Positions 12,164 through 24,574 of a DNA stretch of 64,000 nt are shown one piece after another. The notes under the pieces were generated by a model. That model did no database searches. It saw only the letters and a program-made list of their open reading frames with translations, and was not told where the DNA came from. How positions within the stretch are numbered: position 1 is the stretch's first letter; each line of letters starts with the position of its first letter. The DNA lies in the NCBI GenBank assembly GCA_051294375.1, contig CM119265.1:7450629-7514628 (forward strand), given 5' to 3'. The position numbers were made by a program, and so were the translations under genes. This DNA is from Paraspadella gotoi. Its lineage: Eukaryota; Animalia; Chaetognatha.

Positions 12164-12809
12164 ATCTTTGCGTCAAAGTCAACAAAATGAGAAGCAAATC
12201 GATGAACAACAAAAGAAGGCAGCGACGACGTCGACAGCGACGACGAAGACGACGACAACGACGACAGCTGTCGTGACGACAAATACAGCGACGAAAACAA
12301 CGACGAAAACAGCGACGAAAACAACGACGACAACAGCAAATAACGAACAAGGTTTTGTCGACGCCTCTACTTTTTTCGATGTCGAATCTTCGAAAATCGA
12401 CGCCTCCGGACGATTGAAAATCTCGGCGCCGATTCAGCTTCAACCGGCGCCAGAGCCAAATTTTGTCGCCACCAATCCGCCAGCCGACGCCGCCGACGCC
12501 GCCTCGCCCGACCTTGTGGCGGCGATGGCTCTGGCGATGCTGAAAACGCGCCGGTTTCTCGTCGCCGCCGAAATCGACGCCGTCTCGAGAGTCTTTTACG
12601 CGCCGCATCGAACGGCGGAGGAGCATTGCTGCATAGGAATGCTGCAAAGGGCCAGGGAGTTGCTGTTGGGCATCGAGGTTGAAGAGGGGGAGGAAGATCA
12701 GGAGGAAGAAGAGGAAGAAGAAGAGGAGGAACAGTTAAGAGAGGAAGAGGAGAAGAGAGAGACGAACTACGAACCTCCGTGGCACAACAGACTCGATTTT
12801 CTTATGTGA
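10584..12809 (+). CDS. VPS9D1-like protein region with a split, divergent VPS9 domain, 2 exons
   Basis: Exon 10584-11505 (two frameshifts around 11240-11315; donor AAG|GTAAGT) and exon 11655-12809 (acceptor ACAG|ATC, in frame to TGA). The segments SHPLNKL, LVEEVVLDRNWGAMLRVYRL, IGVPLEFLP, GYEDVVRILRRMVESESILEKLECVVEAAKSVCVCA and LVAAEIDAV..EEHCCIGMLQRARELL are collinear with VPS9D1 as I recall it (DHPIAQL; EEPFFSPLWPLLLALYR; IGIPTKLLP; KKLECIVRTLRIICVCA; EEGYCLTSLQSAL). Confidence 0.75.
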
Positions 12810-15800
12810 AGGAAAGTAAGAGAAAATGCATTATCACATGATTGAAATGATGTGTAAAATGGCATGGCACTGAAGATTTAGCATGAAACAATTAAATGTC
12901 GTAGTTTTTCGAATATTTCTTTACCTTTCAAACAACGATCGGTAAGGTTTTAATGAGAACGCAGAGAGTCAAAATATGGCAAGTTATAGTTACAGCTAAT
13001 TAAATTATTAAATTAGATATACATAGTTTTATGTAGATCGCTGTTATCATCCAGAATTTCAAAACCACTGTCAATAATTTTTTTCATTCGTCGCGTTCCA
13101 GACTGGGTTGTGCTTTTTTGGGATTTTTTAGTGACGAACCCGTTTTATTTTCTGTTTTTTTTTTATCTGGATTGAGTTTTATATTTTTTGTTTCGGTTTG
13201 AATTTCTCTTTCCTCTCCTCTTTATCAAATTGGGGCACCTCCCTGAGTCTCTGCCCTCAAAACGTCTTCCGTTGTCCTCGATTCAATCGTTAATTTCCTC
13301 GCTTTATCTTCCTTCTCCCTTTTTCCTTTTTTTCCTTCTCCTTTTTCCTTTTTTTCTACTCCTTTTTCCTTTCCTCCATCACCCTTTTACTCCCTTTTAA
13401 AAATCCACCTCCGACAGGGAGCTCAATCTCTCATTCTTTCCGTCTCCTTCTTTCCTTTCCTTTCCTCCTTTTCTTTCCTTTCAATTCTCGCTCGAGAGTC
13501 TCCTCGTTTTTTACAATATTTCATGGCTTTATTTGGCTCCTTTTAATGTTTGGCATAATAATCCGCGTGGCCCGCCAATGTTTCTTTCAATTCTTTCCCT
13601 CGCCAACTCTCTCTCTCTCTCTCTCTCTAGAGCGCCCACCCTCACAGAGACTTCTCTCCCCTTCTCCCCCACCCACTCCCCCTCCACCCTTTGCCCATTT
13701 CATCCTCGCGAAAAGCTCAGGCGTTGACAGGCTGAAGGCAGCCAAACCTCATAAAGCTTGCTACGCGTCGGTAATAAGCAGAACATCTGCAACCTCCTCG
13801 CTCTTTCTTCTCTCTCTCGTCTCCGTCATCGTCTCGTTCTGCTCTTCGTCTGCGATCTCTGCTCTGCTCGGTCCGTTCTCTCTCATTCTCTCCTCGTTCT
13901 TCTCTCGGGTCTCATCATCGTCACTCTCTCCTCGTCTGCTGCTCTCTCGCTGCCCGTGTTTTTTTTTCCTTTATCCGGCCAGAAAACAGAAGTGGAAGGA
14001 TGGGAAAAGCGCCAAAAGACGGAAGAGAGAGGAAAGAGAGTGAGANNNNNNNNNNNNNNNNNNNNNNNNNNNNNNNNNNNNNNNNNNNNNNNNNNNNNNN
14101 NNNNNNNNNNNNNNNNNNNNNNNNNNNNNNNNNNNNNNNNNNNNNNNNNNNNNNNNNNNNNNNNNNNNNNNNNNNNNNNNNNNNNNNNNNNNNNNNNNNN
14201 NNNNNNNNNNNNNNNNNNNNNNNNNNNNNNNNNNNNNNNNNNNNNNNNNNNNNNNNNNNNNNNNNNNNNNNNNNNNNNNNNNNNNNNNNNNNNNNNNNNN
14301 NNNNNNNNNNNNNNNNNNNNNNNNNNNNNNNNNNNNNNNNNNNNNNNNNNNNNNNNNNNNNNNNNNNNNNNNNNNNNNNNNNNNNNNNNNNNNNNNNNNN
14401 NNNNNNNNNNNNNNNNNNNNNNNNNNNNNNNNNNNNNNNNNNNNNNNNNNNNNNNNNNNNNNNNNNNNNNNNNNNNNNNNNNNNNNNNNNNNNNNNNNNN
14501 NNNNNNNNNNNNNNNNNNNNNNNNNNNNNNNNNNNNNNNNNNNNNNNNNNNNNNNNNNNNNNNNNNNNNNNNNNNNNNNNNNNNNNNNNNNNNNNNNNNN
14601 NNNNNNNNNNNNNNNNNNNNNNGGAGAAGTTTAAAGGTGAGTATGGAAGTAAGGCCAGGTTCTTGCTGAAGGGTGGGTTAGTCTCGGGTGGGACGCCCGT
14701 GGAGACGCAGACGCCGATCGATCGAAAAGACGATGAAAGCGACGACGACGACGACGACGATGGAGGCTGAGAATAATGTAGACGATACAGAAATAAAATG
14801 TTTGAAACATAAAGAAATACTGTAAAATGTTTTGAGGGTTTCAACTTTTAGAACCTACTATTAACCATATTTCATTTACGGTATTTAAGTATTGATTCTT
14901 TCTTTCTTAGTTTTTTTTTTCTCGTTTGTTTGTTTATTTATTCTTCTGTTTTTTGTTTAATAAACATGGCGAGGATGACAAAGACGAAGAAGACAACAAC
15001 AACTTCAGAGTCGACGGCGAATTCGGTTAGAATAGAGACGGAGACGAATTTAAAGAGAGAGAGAGAGAGTTTGAGACGGTGAATAGAGACGGAGAGAGAG
15101 AGAGGGAGCGACAGGAGGAGTAAACAGTTGGGGAGACGAAGCGAAAAGAGAAAGTGGATTGTAGGCCTTACAATGAAGGGGGAAGGGAGGGAGAATGAGA
15201 ATGGGGGAAAGGAGAGAAAGGGGGAGGAGAAGTAGAACATAGTTTTGGGTTCGGGCTAAATTCGGGCGTTTGAGCAAAAGGAAGTGAGATGGGTTCAAGA
15301 CTAAGACTAAGAAAAAAAAATTTATAAATTGTTTAAACACATAAAAATACGACTGAAATAGTTGACATCCAATCAACAATAATTGTAAGTACTGTTACGA
15401 AATAACAAACTCTTATATTTCGATGAAAATCAATTTCTTTACTTTTCCCGATGCTCTTCTGTTCATGTCTTGCTGACTCGATTAGTAGCGACATCTTTTG
15501 TTTTACTTTGAATTCAAGTATTTACTAAAGTACAGATTCCGTTGCATTGCACGGCGGTCTCTGATTGCTCCACCGATTCAACGGATTCAAACTTCGTTTT
15601 GACGACTTGTTAGTCTTTCACTGCGTTTTTACTGCTTTCTTAGATTGCAATATAAACACTTTATAGATACTTTAAGAATAAGATAATTTGTGATCGCTGG
15701 ATTGGTGAACTTTTTTGTTAGAGAAGCAACCCTTTTTTGGTACAATTTTGGCTTCAGAAACAAGTAAGAAAAGACTCTTAAAACTTTAATACATTTGCTG

Positions 15801-16199
15801 AGTTTGTATTAAATGTCTTGTTACCTTTGCCCAGGATTTCTAACCCTCATCTCTACATAAAGTCAAGTCGCAGCTTCATCGATTGTCGGCCAGCTTTGCT
15901 CGTCGACGCCGGGCTGTCGAGACTTTGTCGTCCTCAACTACTGAGTGTCTTTGACCGGCGCCATCGTCTCCTCTTATTTATTCAGGAATCCCATCGATTT
16001 CTTTGCGCCGTGTTCGCCCGGAAAGTTAGCGAGTCAATGATAACCAGCTTTCTGAAATAAGTTCGAAACAAGTACTGAGATAAGATCAATTCGACAATGC
16101 GTTTAAACCAAAGATAATAAATAACTACAACAGCCTCGTTGACAACAACACCGGTAAAAGACTCAATTTTCCGACAACTCAATTCTCGTAATTCTTGAT

Positions 16200-16850
16200 A
16201 GCGACGACAAACGACGACGACGACGACAAACGACGACGACGACGACAAACGACGACCGAGAAGAATCTCGGCGTCGAAGTCCGAAGACAAATTCCCGCCA
16301 GCGACCGACGACGACGACGACGACGATGAAGACGACGAACACGACGACCTCTGAGGACGACAAATCTTTGTCAGAGAAAACCGCGCGAAATTGGATTCGA
16401 CGACGACGATGACGACGACGACAACAAAGATGAGGACGAACGCAGAGGGCGTGTCGCGTCGAAGGCGACGAAAGACGGAAAACCGAAAAGAGACGATGAA
16501 GACGACGAAAACAATGACGACGACAACGACGACGACGAATTTCAAAAACTGCGAAACTCGACTTCCGACGAGAGAATCCAACGTAGGAAAAGAAGGACGA
16601 CTAGCAGAGACGATTGCGGCGAAGTCGGCGGCGACGATGGCGGAGAAGAAAGCGACGAATCCCCAGGTCAAAGGCGAAGACTGGCTCCGGAGACAAGGAG
16701 GAAGGTCACGGCGAAACCTTTGAGGACGAAGATGGTGACGACGATGAAGACAAAGGCGATGACGATGACGAAGGCAACGACGAAGGAGAACCTCGCCCGG
16801 TCATTTGCCAATGACGACGACGACGACGACGACGACGACGAAGAGGGCAA
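16200..16850. repeat. Dense (GAC/GAT)n trinucleotide tract
   Basis: Multiple GAC runs. The overlapping poly-D/T/R ORFs have no recognisable domain. Confidence 0.8.
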
Positions 16851-18134
16851 GGTCACGGAATTCCATCCCCGGCAACGACGTCGCTCGTCTTGTTTACGAC
16901 TCTCGCCGTCGTTGGACGCGATTCAATGTAATTGGCCTAATTGTACGTTTGTTCTCGATGACGCCAGGCTGCAACGAAAGAACGATGAGAGAAAAAGAGA
17001 GAGAGGGCGCGATAGTGTGGAGCGGACGAGAGAGATTGAGGAACACGCCGCCTATCCTAAGGCCCACACCGTCCTACCCGGCATGGCCCCACAAACGCTG
17101 TAATGGACAACACCACCGTCCGGACCCGTCTCCCGATAATCGAGAGACGAGACCGAGATGAGAACGAGCAGAGAGAGATAGCAACGGATGAGTAGATACT
17201 TCCCGCTCTCCTCTAGGCAGACGACGATCACGATTATAACCACATGAGAGAGATGAGGAATTAACGATATTTAAAATGTCCAAAAAAAGGAGTGTATATG
17301 GGAGGAAGAAAGTTAGACGGAGAAAAAGCCGTAGGAAAGCCATCAAATTCATTGACGGAAGACAAAAAAAAAAAAAAATACCTTGAGTTTTTCACAAAAT
17401 TATAATCTTAGTTCTATTTATTTCCCTTACTTGTCGTTTCCAGGCGGAGAAAAATTGTGAAGCAAAAATAGAAAAAGGAGTAAAAAAAAAAATAAAATGT
17501 TATTTCAATTTTCGTTTTTCGTTTTTCGTTTTCCGTTTCGGGTTTTCGGTTTAACCGGCATCAAGAAGTCTGCACTCAAACGCAGAAAAACCGAATCCTC
17601 GCAAAACTGAAATTTTCCAGACGCCAACTGGAAAAAATGGAGGAAAAAAGATGAGGAAAAAGGGAAAAAAAAGGGGAAAAAAGGAAGAACAGAAATAAAG
17701 GGGAAATAAAAAATCTGAAAAAAGTCCATGCGTGAGTAGATATTGAAAGGTAAAACCCAGTAGTTATTTGATAGTCAACGTAAGTAGTTTGTCACACGAG
17801 ACTATTAAATCATCAGATTTCATCTGGAGAAAAGTATACAATATTACTTTTTCAAGAACGAATCCTTGAACTTAAAGTCATAGATAATATCAAAACCAAC
17901 TAATCTCAAAAGTACAGCGAGCAATCAAACCTAAATTATAAATGAAGGATGGCATACAATTTGAAAGAATTTCATTGACCAAAAGTAATGGAAATTTCGT
18001 TTGATCTAAAAACCTTTTTTGTCTCAACATCTGTGCGTTTGTGTTTTACACATTCACCCACGTCAATTTCTTCAGCGCCACTGTGCTGCTTCTCTGTTTT
18101 CCATTCGCTCTGTCTTCTCTCTCTCTCTCTCTCT

Positions 18135-19004
18135 NNNNNNNNNNNNNNNNNNNNNNNNNNNNNNNNNNNNNNNNNNNNNNNNNNNNNNNNNNNNNNNNNN
18201 NNNNNNNNNNNNNNNNNNNNNNNNNNNNNNNNNNNNNNNNNNNNNNNNNNNNNNNNNNNNNNNNNNNNNNNNNNNNNNNNNNNNNNNNNNNNNNNNNNNN
18301 NNNNNNNNNNNNNNNNNNNNNNNNNNNNNNNNNNNNNNNNNNNNNNNNNNNNNNNNNNNNNNNNNNNNNNNNNNNNNNNNNNNNNNNNNNNNNNNNNNNN
18401 NNNNNNNNNNNNNNNNNNNNNNNNNNNNNNNNNNNNNNNNNNNNNNNNNNNNNNNNNNNNNNNNNNNNNNNNNNNNNNNNNNNNNNNNNNNNNNNNNNNN
18501 NNNNNNNNNNNNNNNNNNNNNNNNNNNNNNNNNNNNNNNNNNNNNNNNNNNNNNNNNNNNNNNNNNNNNNNNNNNNNNNNNNNNNNNNNNNNNNNNNNNN
18601 NNNNNNNNNNNNNNNNNNNNNNNNNNNNNNNNNNNNNNNNNNNNNNNNNNNNNNNNNNNNNNNNNNNNNNNNNNNNNNNNNNNNNNNNNNNNNNNNNNNN
18701 NNNNNNNNNNNNNNNNNNNNNNNNNNNNNNNNNNNNNNNNNNNNNNNNNNNNNNNNNNNNNNNNNNNNNNNNNNNNNNNNNNNNNNNNNNNNNNNNNNNN
18801 NNNNNNNNNNNNNNNNNNNNNNNNNNNNNNNNNNNNNNNNNNNNNNNNNNNNNNNNNNNNNNNNNNNNNNNNNNNNNNNNNNNNNNNNNNNNNNNNNNNN
18901 NNNNNNNNNNNNNNNNNNNNNNNNNNNNNNNNNNNNNNNNNNNNNNNNNNNNNNNNNNNNNNNNNNNNNNNNNNNNNNNNNNNNNNNNNNNNNNNNNNNN
19001 NNNN
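18135..19004. other. Largest assembly gap (N-run), one of more than 20 in the window
   Basis: N characters. Many gaps abut (GA)n, (GAC)n or homopolymer runs. Confidence 0.99.
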
Positions 19005-21578
19005 TCACCGTACGATCGATGATTAATAAATTATATCCTATAAATTATAATAGAAAACTTATGACGTAAGTCATATAATAGATTTACTTTAGAATTAGTC
19101 CTAGAGTAAATATATTTACCTCTCCTCCTCAGAAGAACAGAGATTGTCCCATTTATCCGCATTAATTTTTTTTTCTCGCCTATTTGTTTGCTTAATTTCT
19201 TTTTTCTCTTCCTTATAATAAATCTTCTTTTATAATTATTTCTATATTTCTTTTCTTTTAATTTTTTTCCTTCATAATCAACCTAATTCATCCTCTCGAT
19301 CCCTTAGCCTCTCTCTCTTAATCAATCATTGATTTCGTCGACGCTCTTCTCTCCTTAAGTCCTCTTNNNNNNNNNNNNNNNNNNNNNNNNNNNNNNNNNN
19401 NNNNNNNNNNNNNNNNNNNNNNNNNNNNNNNNNNNNNNNNNNNNNNNNNNNNNNNNNNNNNNNNNNNNNNNNNNNNNNNNNNNNNNNNNNNNNNNNNNNN
19501 NNNNNNNNNNNNNNNNNNNNNTTCTGTTTTCCAGAGTTTTGCTCTAATTGACGCTCGACTTAAGGAACAAAATCTCTTTCTCACTCGCTCTCTATATTTT
19601 TTTCTCTCCTCTTCTTCCCNNNNNNNNNNNNNNNNNNNNNNNNNNNNNNNNNNNNNNNNNNNNNNNNNNNNNNNNNNNNNNNNNNNNNNNNNNNNNNNNN
19701 NNNNNNNNNNNNNNNNNNNNNNNNNNNNNNNNNNNNNNNNNNNNNNNNNNNNNNNNNNNNNNNNNNNNNNNNNNNNNNNNNNNNNNNNNNNNNNNNNNNN
19801 NNNNNNNNNNNNNNNNNNNNNNNNNNNNNNNNNNNNNNNNNNNNNNNNNNNNNNNNNNNNNNNNNNNNNNNNNNNNNNNNNNNNNNNNNNNNNNNNNNNN
19901 NNNNNNNNNNNNNNNNNNNNNNNNNCTCCCTCCAATTTCGAGTTTCCTTCCTTTTTTTAGTCTCAGCCTTATCGGTCTTTGCTCTTTCATTTCCTATTCC
20001 TCCCTTCCCGACTGACTCCCCTNNNNNNNNNNNNNNNNNNNNNNNNNNNNNNNNNNNNNNNNNNNNNNNNNNNNNNNNNNNNNNNNNNNNNNNNNNNNNN
20101 NNNNNNNNNNNNNNNNNNNNNNNNNNNNNNNNNNNNNNNNNNNNNNNNNNNNNNNNNNNNNNNNNNNNNNNNNNNNNNNNNNNNNNNNNNNNNNNNNNNN
20201 NNNNNNNNNNNNNNNNNNNNNNNNNNNNNNNNNNNNNNNNNNNNNNNNNNNNNNNNNNNNNNNNNNNNNNNNNNNNNNNNNNNNNNNNACCCCTTTCTTC
20301 CCCTTCCTCCTTTCCACCGTCTTATCATGCTCCACGTAATAATTTACTTCCTACTATCTTCCATACATAAAACCTTTACTGTTTGCTATTCATTTTCCTC
20401 TCCTAGTTTGCCCTACATTTTTCTTTCTTTCTTCTCGCCCACAATAATCATTAATACTCGATTTATTCTTTATAATTTTTATTCGTTTTTGCTTTGTTAT
20501 AACTCCCTCTCCTTCCATCTTCACGACAATTAATTCCATTCTCCCACTCTCCTTCCTTTCCTCCCTCTCTTTCTCCTTTTTCAAACTCCGTCTTTCTTCT
20601 TTCCTCCCTATCTCCTTACTCCCCTCCTCCTCCTCCTCCCCTTCCTCCGAACGTGCATCTTGTCCTCGTGTTGCTGTTCTCCTCTTCCCTCCGTCGCCTC
20701 TTCCTCCTCTCATCGACTCTGGCTATAACTCTTCCTCTTCCTCGATGCTCTACGATTCGTCTCCCCTCCTCTTCATCCTCCTCCTCCTCCTCCTCTTCCT
20801 CCCTCTCCCGGACTGAAAAGTCCAAGACTAACTTGTGTGTGTCTCTCGCTCTCTCTTTCTCTCTCTTTTTCTCGCTCTCTCTTTCTCTTTCCATCACTCT
20901 CGCTCTCACTCTCTCCATCTCTGTCTTTCACTTCAATTTTTCTCTCTCAGACGCATTCATTCCGGTTTTCTTCACAAATTTTTTTTTCTTCTCACAATTT
21001 TTTTTTCCAAAGGGAATGAAAATCACGTCCCGCATTTTTTTTTGCGGAATATTTTTCCATCAGGTTTTCGTCTCGGATTTTTTCCCCCTTTTTCTGTGAC
21101 GATGATAAAATAGTTGTGACAGAACAATATTGAGACGAAGCAAAATATGTTGTGGAACAAACGAAAAAACTCAACTGCTTAAACAATATTTAAATGAGTG
21201 GCCGATTAAAGTTGTAAAATTTTTAATGATTTTGATAGAATTGATAGAATTGAAAGAATATTTTTAACAGAATAATGTTAAGGTAACTTTGGGGGTTTGA
21301 AAATTTTTCTGGTGAAAAATATTCTTGTCTGTGTGACATTAAGATAAAAATGGAGTGTTAGTAAGAAATGTCGCGTTGGATCAAAAATAAGTCATCAGAC
21401 GTGATAAAAGGTTTTTTTTATACAAAAAAATTATTTTCAATTAACTTGAAAAAGCCATTACTTAATACAAAATAAAACAGCATAAAATATAGAGGTTACA
21501 ACTTTTTGAGGTCAAACAAACCTGAGGTTTTGCCCTATTTAGAAAAAGGTAGAATATGAATTTTTTGATTTTAGTTAC

Positions 21579-21642
<64 letters not shown>

Positions 21643-21713
21643 AAAAGAGAAATTAAAAATTCATAAAAAGAATCTGATATGAACCGATGAAGCGAAATTT
21701 AAATCGAAGACGA

Positions 21714-21990
21714 TTTCAATTCTCGTCTGCTCTCATCTTTCAATTCTTTCAATTCTTTCAATTCTCGTCTGCTCTCATCTTTCAATTCTTTCATTTCTTT
21801 CAATTCTTTTAATTCTTTCAATTCTCGTCTGCTCTCATCTTTCAATTCTTTCAATTCTTTCAATTCTTTCAATTCTCGTCTGCTCTCATCTTTCAATTCT
21901 TTCAATTCTTTCAATTCTTTCAATTCTTTCAATTCTTTCGATTCTTTCAATTCTTTCAATTCCTTCAATTCTCGTCTGCTCTCATCTTTT
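21714..21990. repeat. Compound minisatellite: (TTCAATTCT)n blocks punctuated by CGTCTGCTCTCATCT
   Basis: Five copies of the 15-bp punctuation unit separated by variable numbers of 9-mers. Confidence 0.9.
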
Positions 21991-22139
21991 CTAAGAAAAC
22001 AATTTTCCCTTACAAGAAAAAGCACAAAACTCAGTCAGACGAAAGACGACGACGATGATAACGATAGAATTGACATCGACGATGACGACGACGAAAAACG
22101 ACGACGAAAATGACGAAGTTAACGAAGACGACGAAGACA

Positions 22140-22200
22140 ACGAAGACGACGAAAACGACGAAAACGACGAAAACGACGAAAACGACGAAAACGACGAAGA
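22140..22200. repeat. (GAAAACGAC)n 9-bp repeat
   Basis: About 5 perfect copies visible. Confidence 0.85.
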
Positions 22201-22475
22201 CGCATCAACGATCAAGATGATTGCGATCAAAACGACGACTATAACGAAATGACGACAAAGAAGACGATTATGAAGGCTAACAGATCAACAAAATAAACAA
22301 CAAAAACAAAAACAAAAACAACAACAAAAAAACAGACGTACATCGAAGCGACATCAACGGTCGACTTTCAACGAAGCATAAAAATAAAAGGAAAGTCGCT
22401 CCGCTTAGACGAACTAGCGTCTCTTTTTAGTCGACTAAACAAATAAAAAAATATAAACAACGACATGGAAACATA

Positions 22476-22507
<32 letters not shown>

Positions 22508-22615
22508 AATGGACGAAAAAAATCGCAAAACGAGGGGAGACAGCGTGCGTTCGGTACTCCGCGGTATAAAGGTGGGAGAAGGAAAACTCTTCCGGGCCTC
22601 TCTCTCTCTCTCCCT

Positions 22616-22652
<37 letters not shown>

Positions 22653-23162
22653 CTCTCTCTCTGCTCTCTTCTCATCCCATCCCTTGTCACTCTCTATCTT
22701 ATCTCGACCGAAAGAGAATTCCGAAAAAAAAGGAGAAAAACATAAATAAAATATTCCGCGTCGCATCGACGAAATAATCGGAAAAAAAAAGTTTTTATAA
22801 ATAAATGAGGCGTTAAATAAATCGCCTTTCAAATAAATCTTTCGTTCAAACGAAATAATAATAATAATAAAAATATTCACCGCCTGGAAATAAGGTCGTC
22901 CCAAACAAAAAGCAGGTATTACTCTAACCGTGTTGCCATTTATTCCCCGTAAATTTATGAAGAAAATATTTATGGTATAAAATATCGTTATTTAAGAACT
23001 TCCCCGCGGTTGAGCGCGTATTTATTTATCAAGTAGGTATTTACTTCGCCTCTAGCGAGAAAAAGCTTAAAACCTTTTTTATTTTATTTTCTTTCGTTTC
23101 TGCTCAACTTTGTTGCGTAGGCAATGTTTGTTTGTTTTTCTCATTTGAACCTTTCCGCACCG

Positions 23163-23262
<100 letters not shown>

Positions 23263-24129
23263 ACAATATTTTTCTCTTACGTAAATTTAATATTCAAGAT
23301 TTTCCGTCTGAATTATGATAACGAAATTAAAAGATATTTTCCTCTTCATCACGATAGCAATCTAATCAAAGTGGCATCAAAATTGCAAAGGTTTCACGTT
23401 TCACGTTTTCTCTCTCCGTCTCTTCCTAAAGCTTCGAGTCCGTGAAAACTAAGATCGTGACCATCTAGAAACCTTGAAAAAAAAAAACCCAAAGCTCTTG
23501 ACGTCTCGCTATCTGACACCGACGTTCGGTGAGAGACCCGAGAGCGACTTTCCTCGGATTCGATTCGACGTTCTCCTCTCCGATTTCCTTTTCTCCATCG
23601 AACTCACCTTTCCTCACCTTCCTCCTTTCTCCTCTTCACTTCAAACTAATCAGCTTCAATTCCAGATCAGACTCTCTCTTCTTCCTCTTCCTCCTCCTCC
23701 TCCTTTTCCTCTTCCTCAATCTTTCTCGTCTCTCCACGTTCCTTCTCAACCTCATCGCCTTCCCCCCTCCCCGCTCACTCACTCTCCCTTTCGCACCTCA
23801 CCTTCGAAAGCTTCGCTTCGTCCTCACCACCTCGCCAGCCCCTTACCTCCCCTCACCTCGGCTTCCGGTTTTCACGAAAACGACGTCGTCGAACATAAGT
23901 AGAGAAGAGTTCTCTCTCCTCTATCTCGTCTCTCTCTCATCTCTCTCTCTGCTCTGCTCATAATCCGAGGCGTCTCGGCATGGGTAGAACATAGGACTCG
24001 ACACCCTCGTCTTCAATCTGTGTTCTCTTCCTCTCCTCTCTCTTCTCACATTCATCTCTCTCTCTGTTCTCTTTTTACGCTATTGTTGCTCAGCACACTA
24101 AATATGCCTATCGACTCTCTCTCTCCTCA

Positions 24130-24167
<38 letters not shown>

Positions 24168-24531
24168 GATCGATCGATCTCCTCTCGTCTCCTCTTCTCT
24201 CGCTCCTCCCTCTCTCTCATCTCTCTCGTCTCGTCTCATCTCTCTCTCTCGCACTCTTTCTCGCTCCTCCGTCACCTAAATATATTCGAACAAACGTTGA
24301 TTGAATAAACAAAAGTAAAACGCGAAACAATNNNNNNNNNNNNNNNNNNNNNNNNNCTCAAAAGTTTTTTTTTTTTTTTTGAGGATTTGTTGAGGAGCGT
24401 TTTTATTTTGAACTAAAGCTCGAATTTTAACTTATTTTATAGTTTTAATAGATAGAAACACCTAACGGTGGAAAGTATAAAAAAACGCCTCTTTTAATGA
24501 AAGGGGAAGCGTCAGGTAAATTAATTCTCTC

Positions 24532-24574
24532 AATCGACAGGTTTTGCGGAAAAATTCCGCAAAATCTGTCGATT
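24532..24574. repeat. 20-bp inverted repeat (hairpin) with 3-nt loop
   Basis: AATCGACAGGTTTTGCGGAA-AAA-TTCCGCAAAATCTGTCGATT, with one G-T pair. Confidence 0.9.

Noticed and set aside
8923-12809. Complete protein kinase C gene
   Set aside because: No kinase motifs (GxGxxG, VAxK, HRD/YRD, DFG) or C2 exon were seen; the downstream exons are VPS9D1-like.
15835-16060. Possible exon in a moderately GC-rich patch
   Set aside because: No recognisable protein in any frame and no consistent partner exons.
13758-20533. Long ORFs of 250-340 aa in the track
   Set aside because: They consist almost entirely of X from N-gaps. The same applies to those at 31-32, 37-39 and 42-45 kb.
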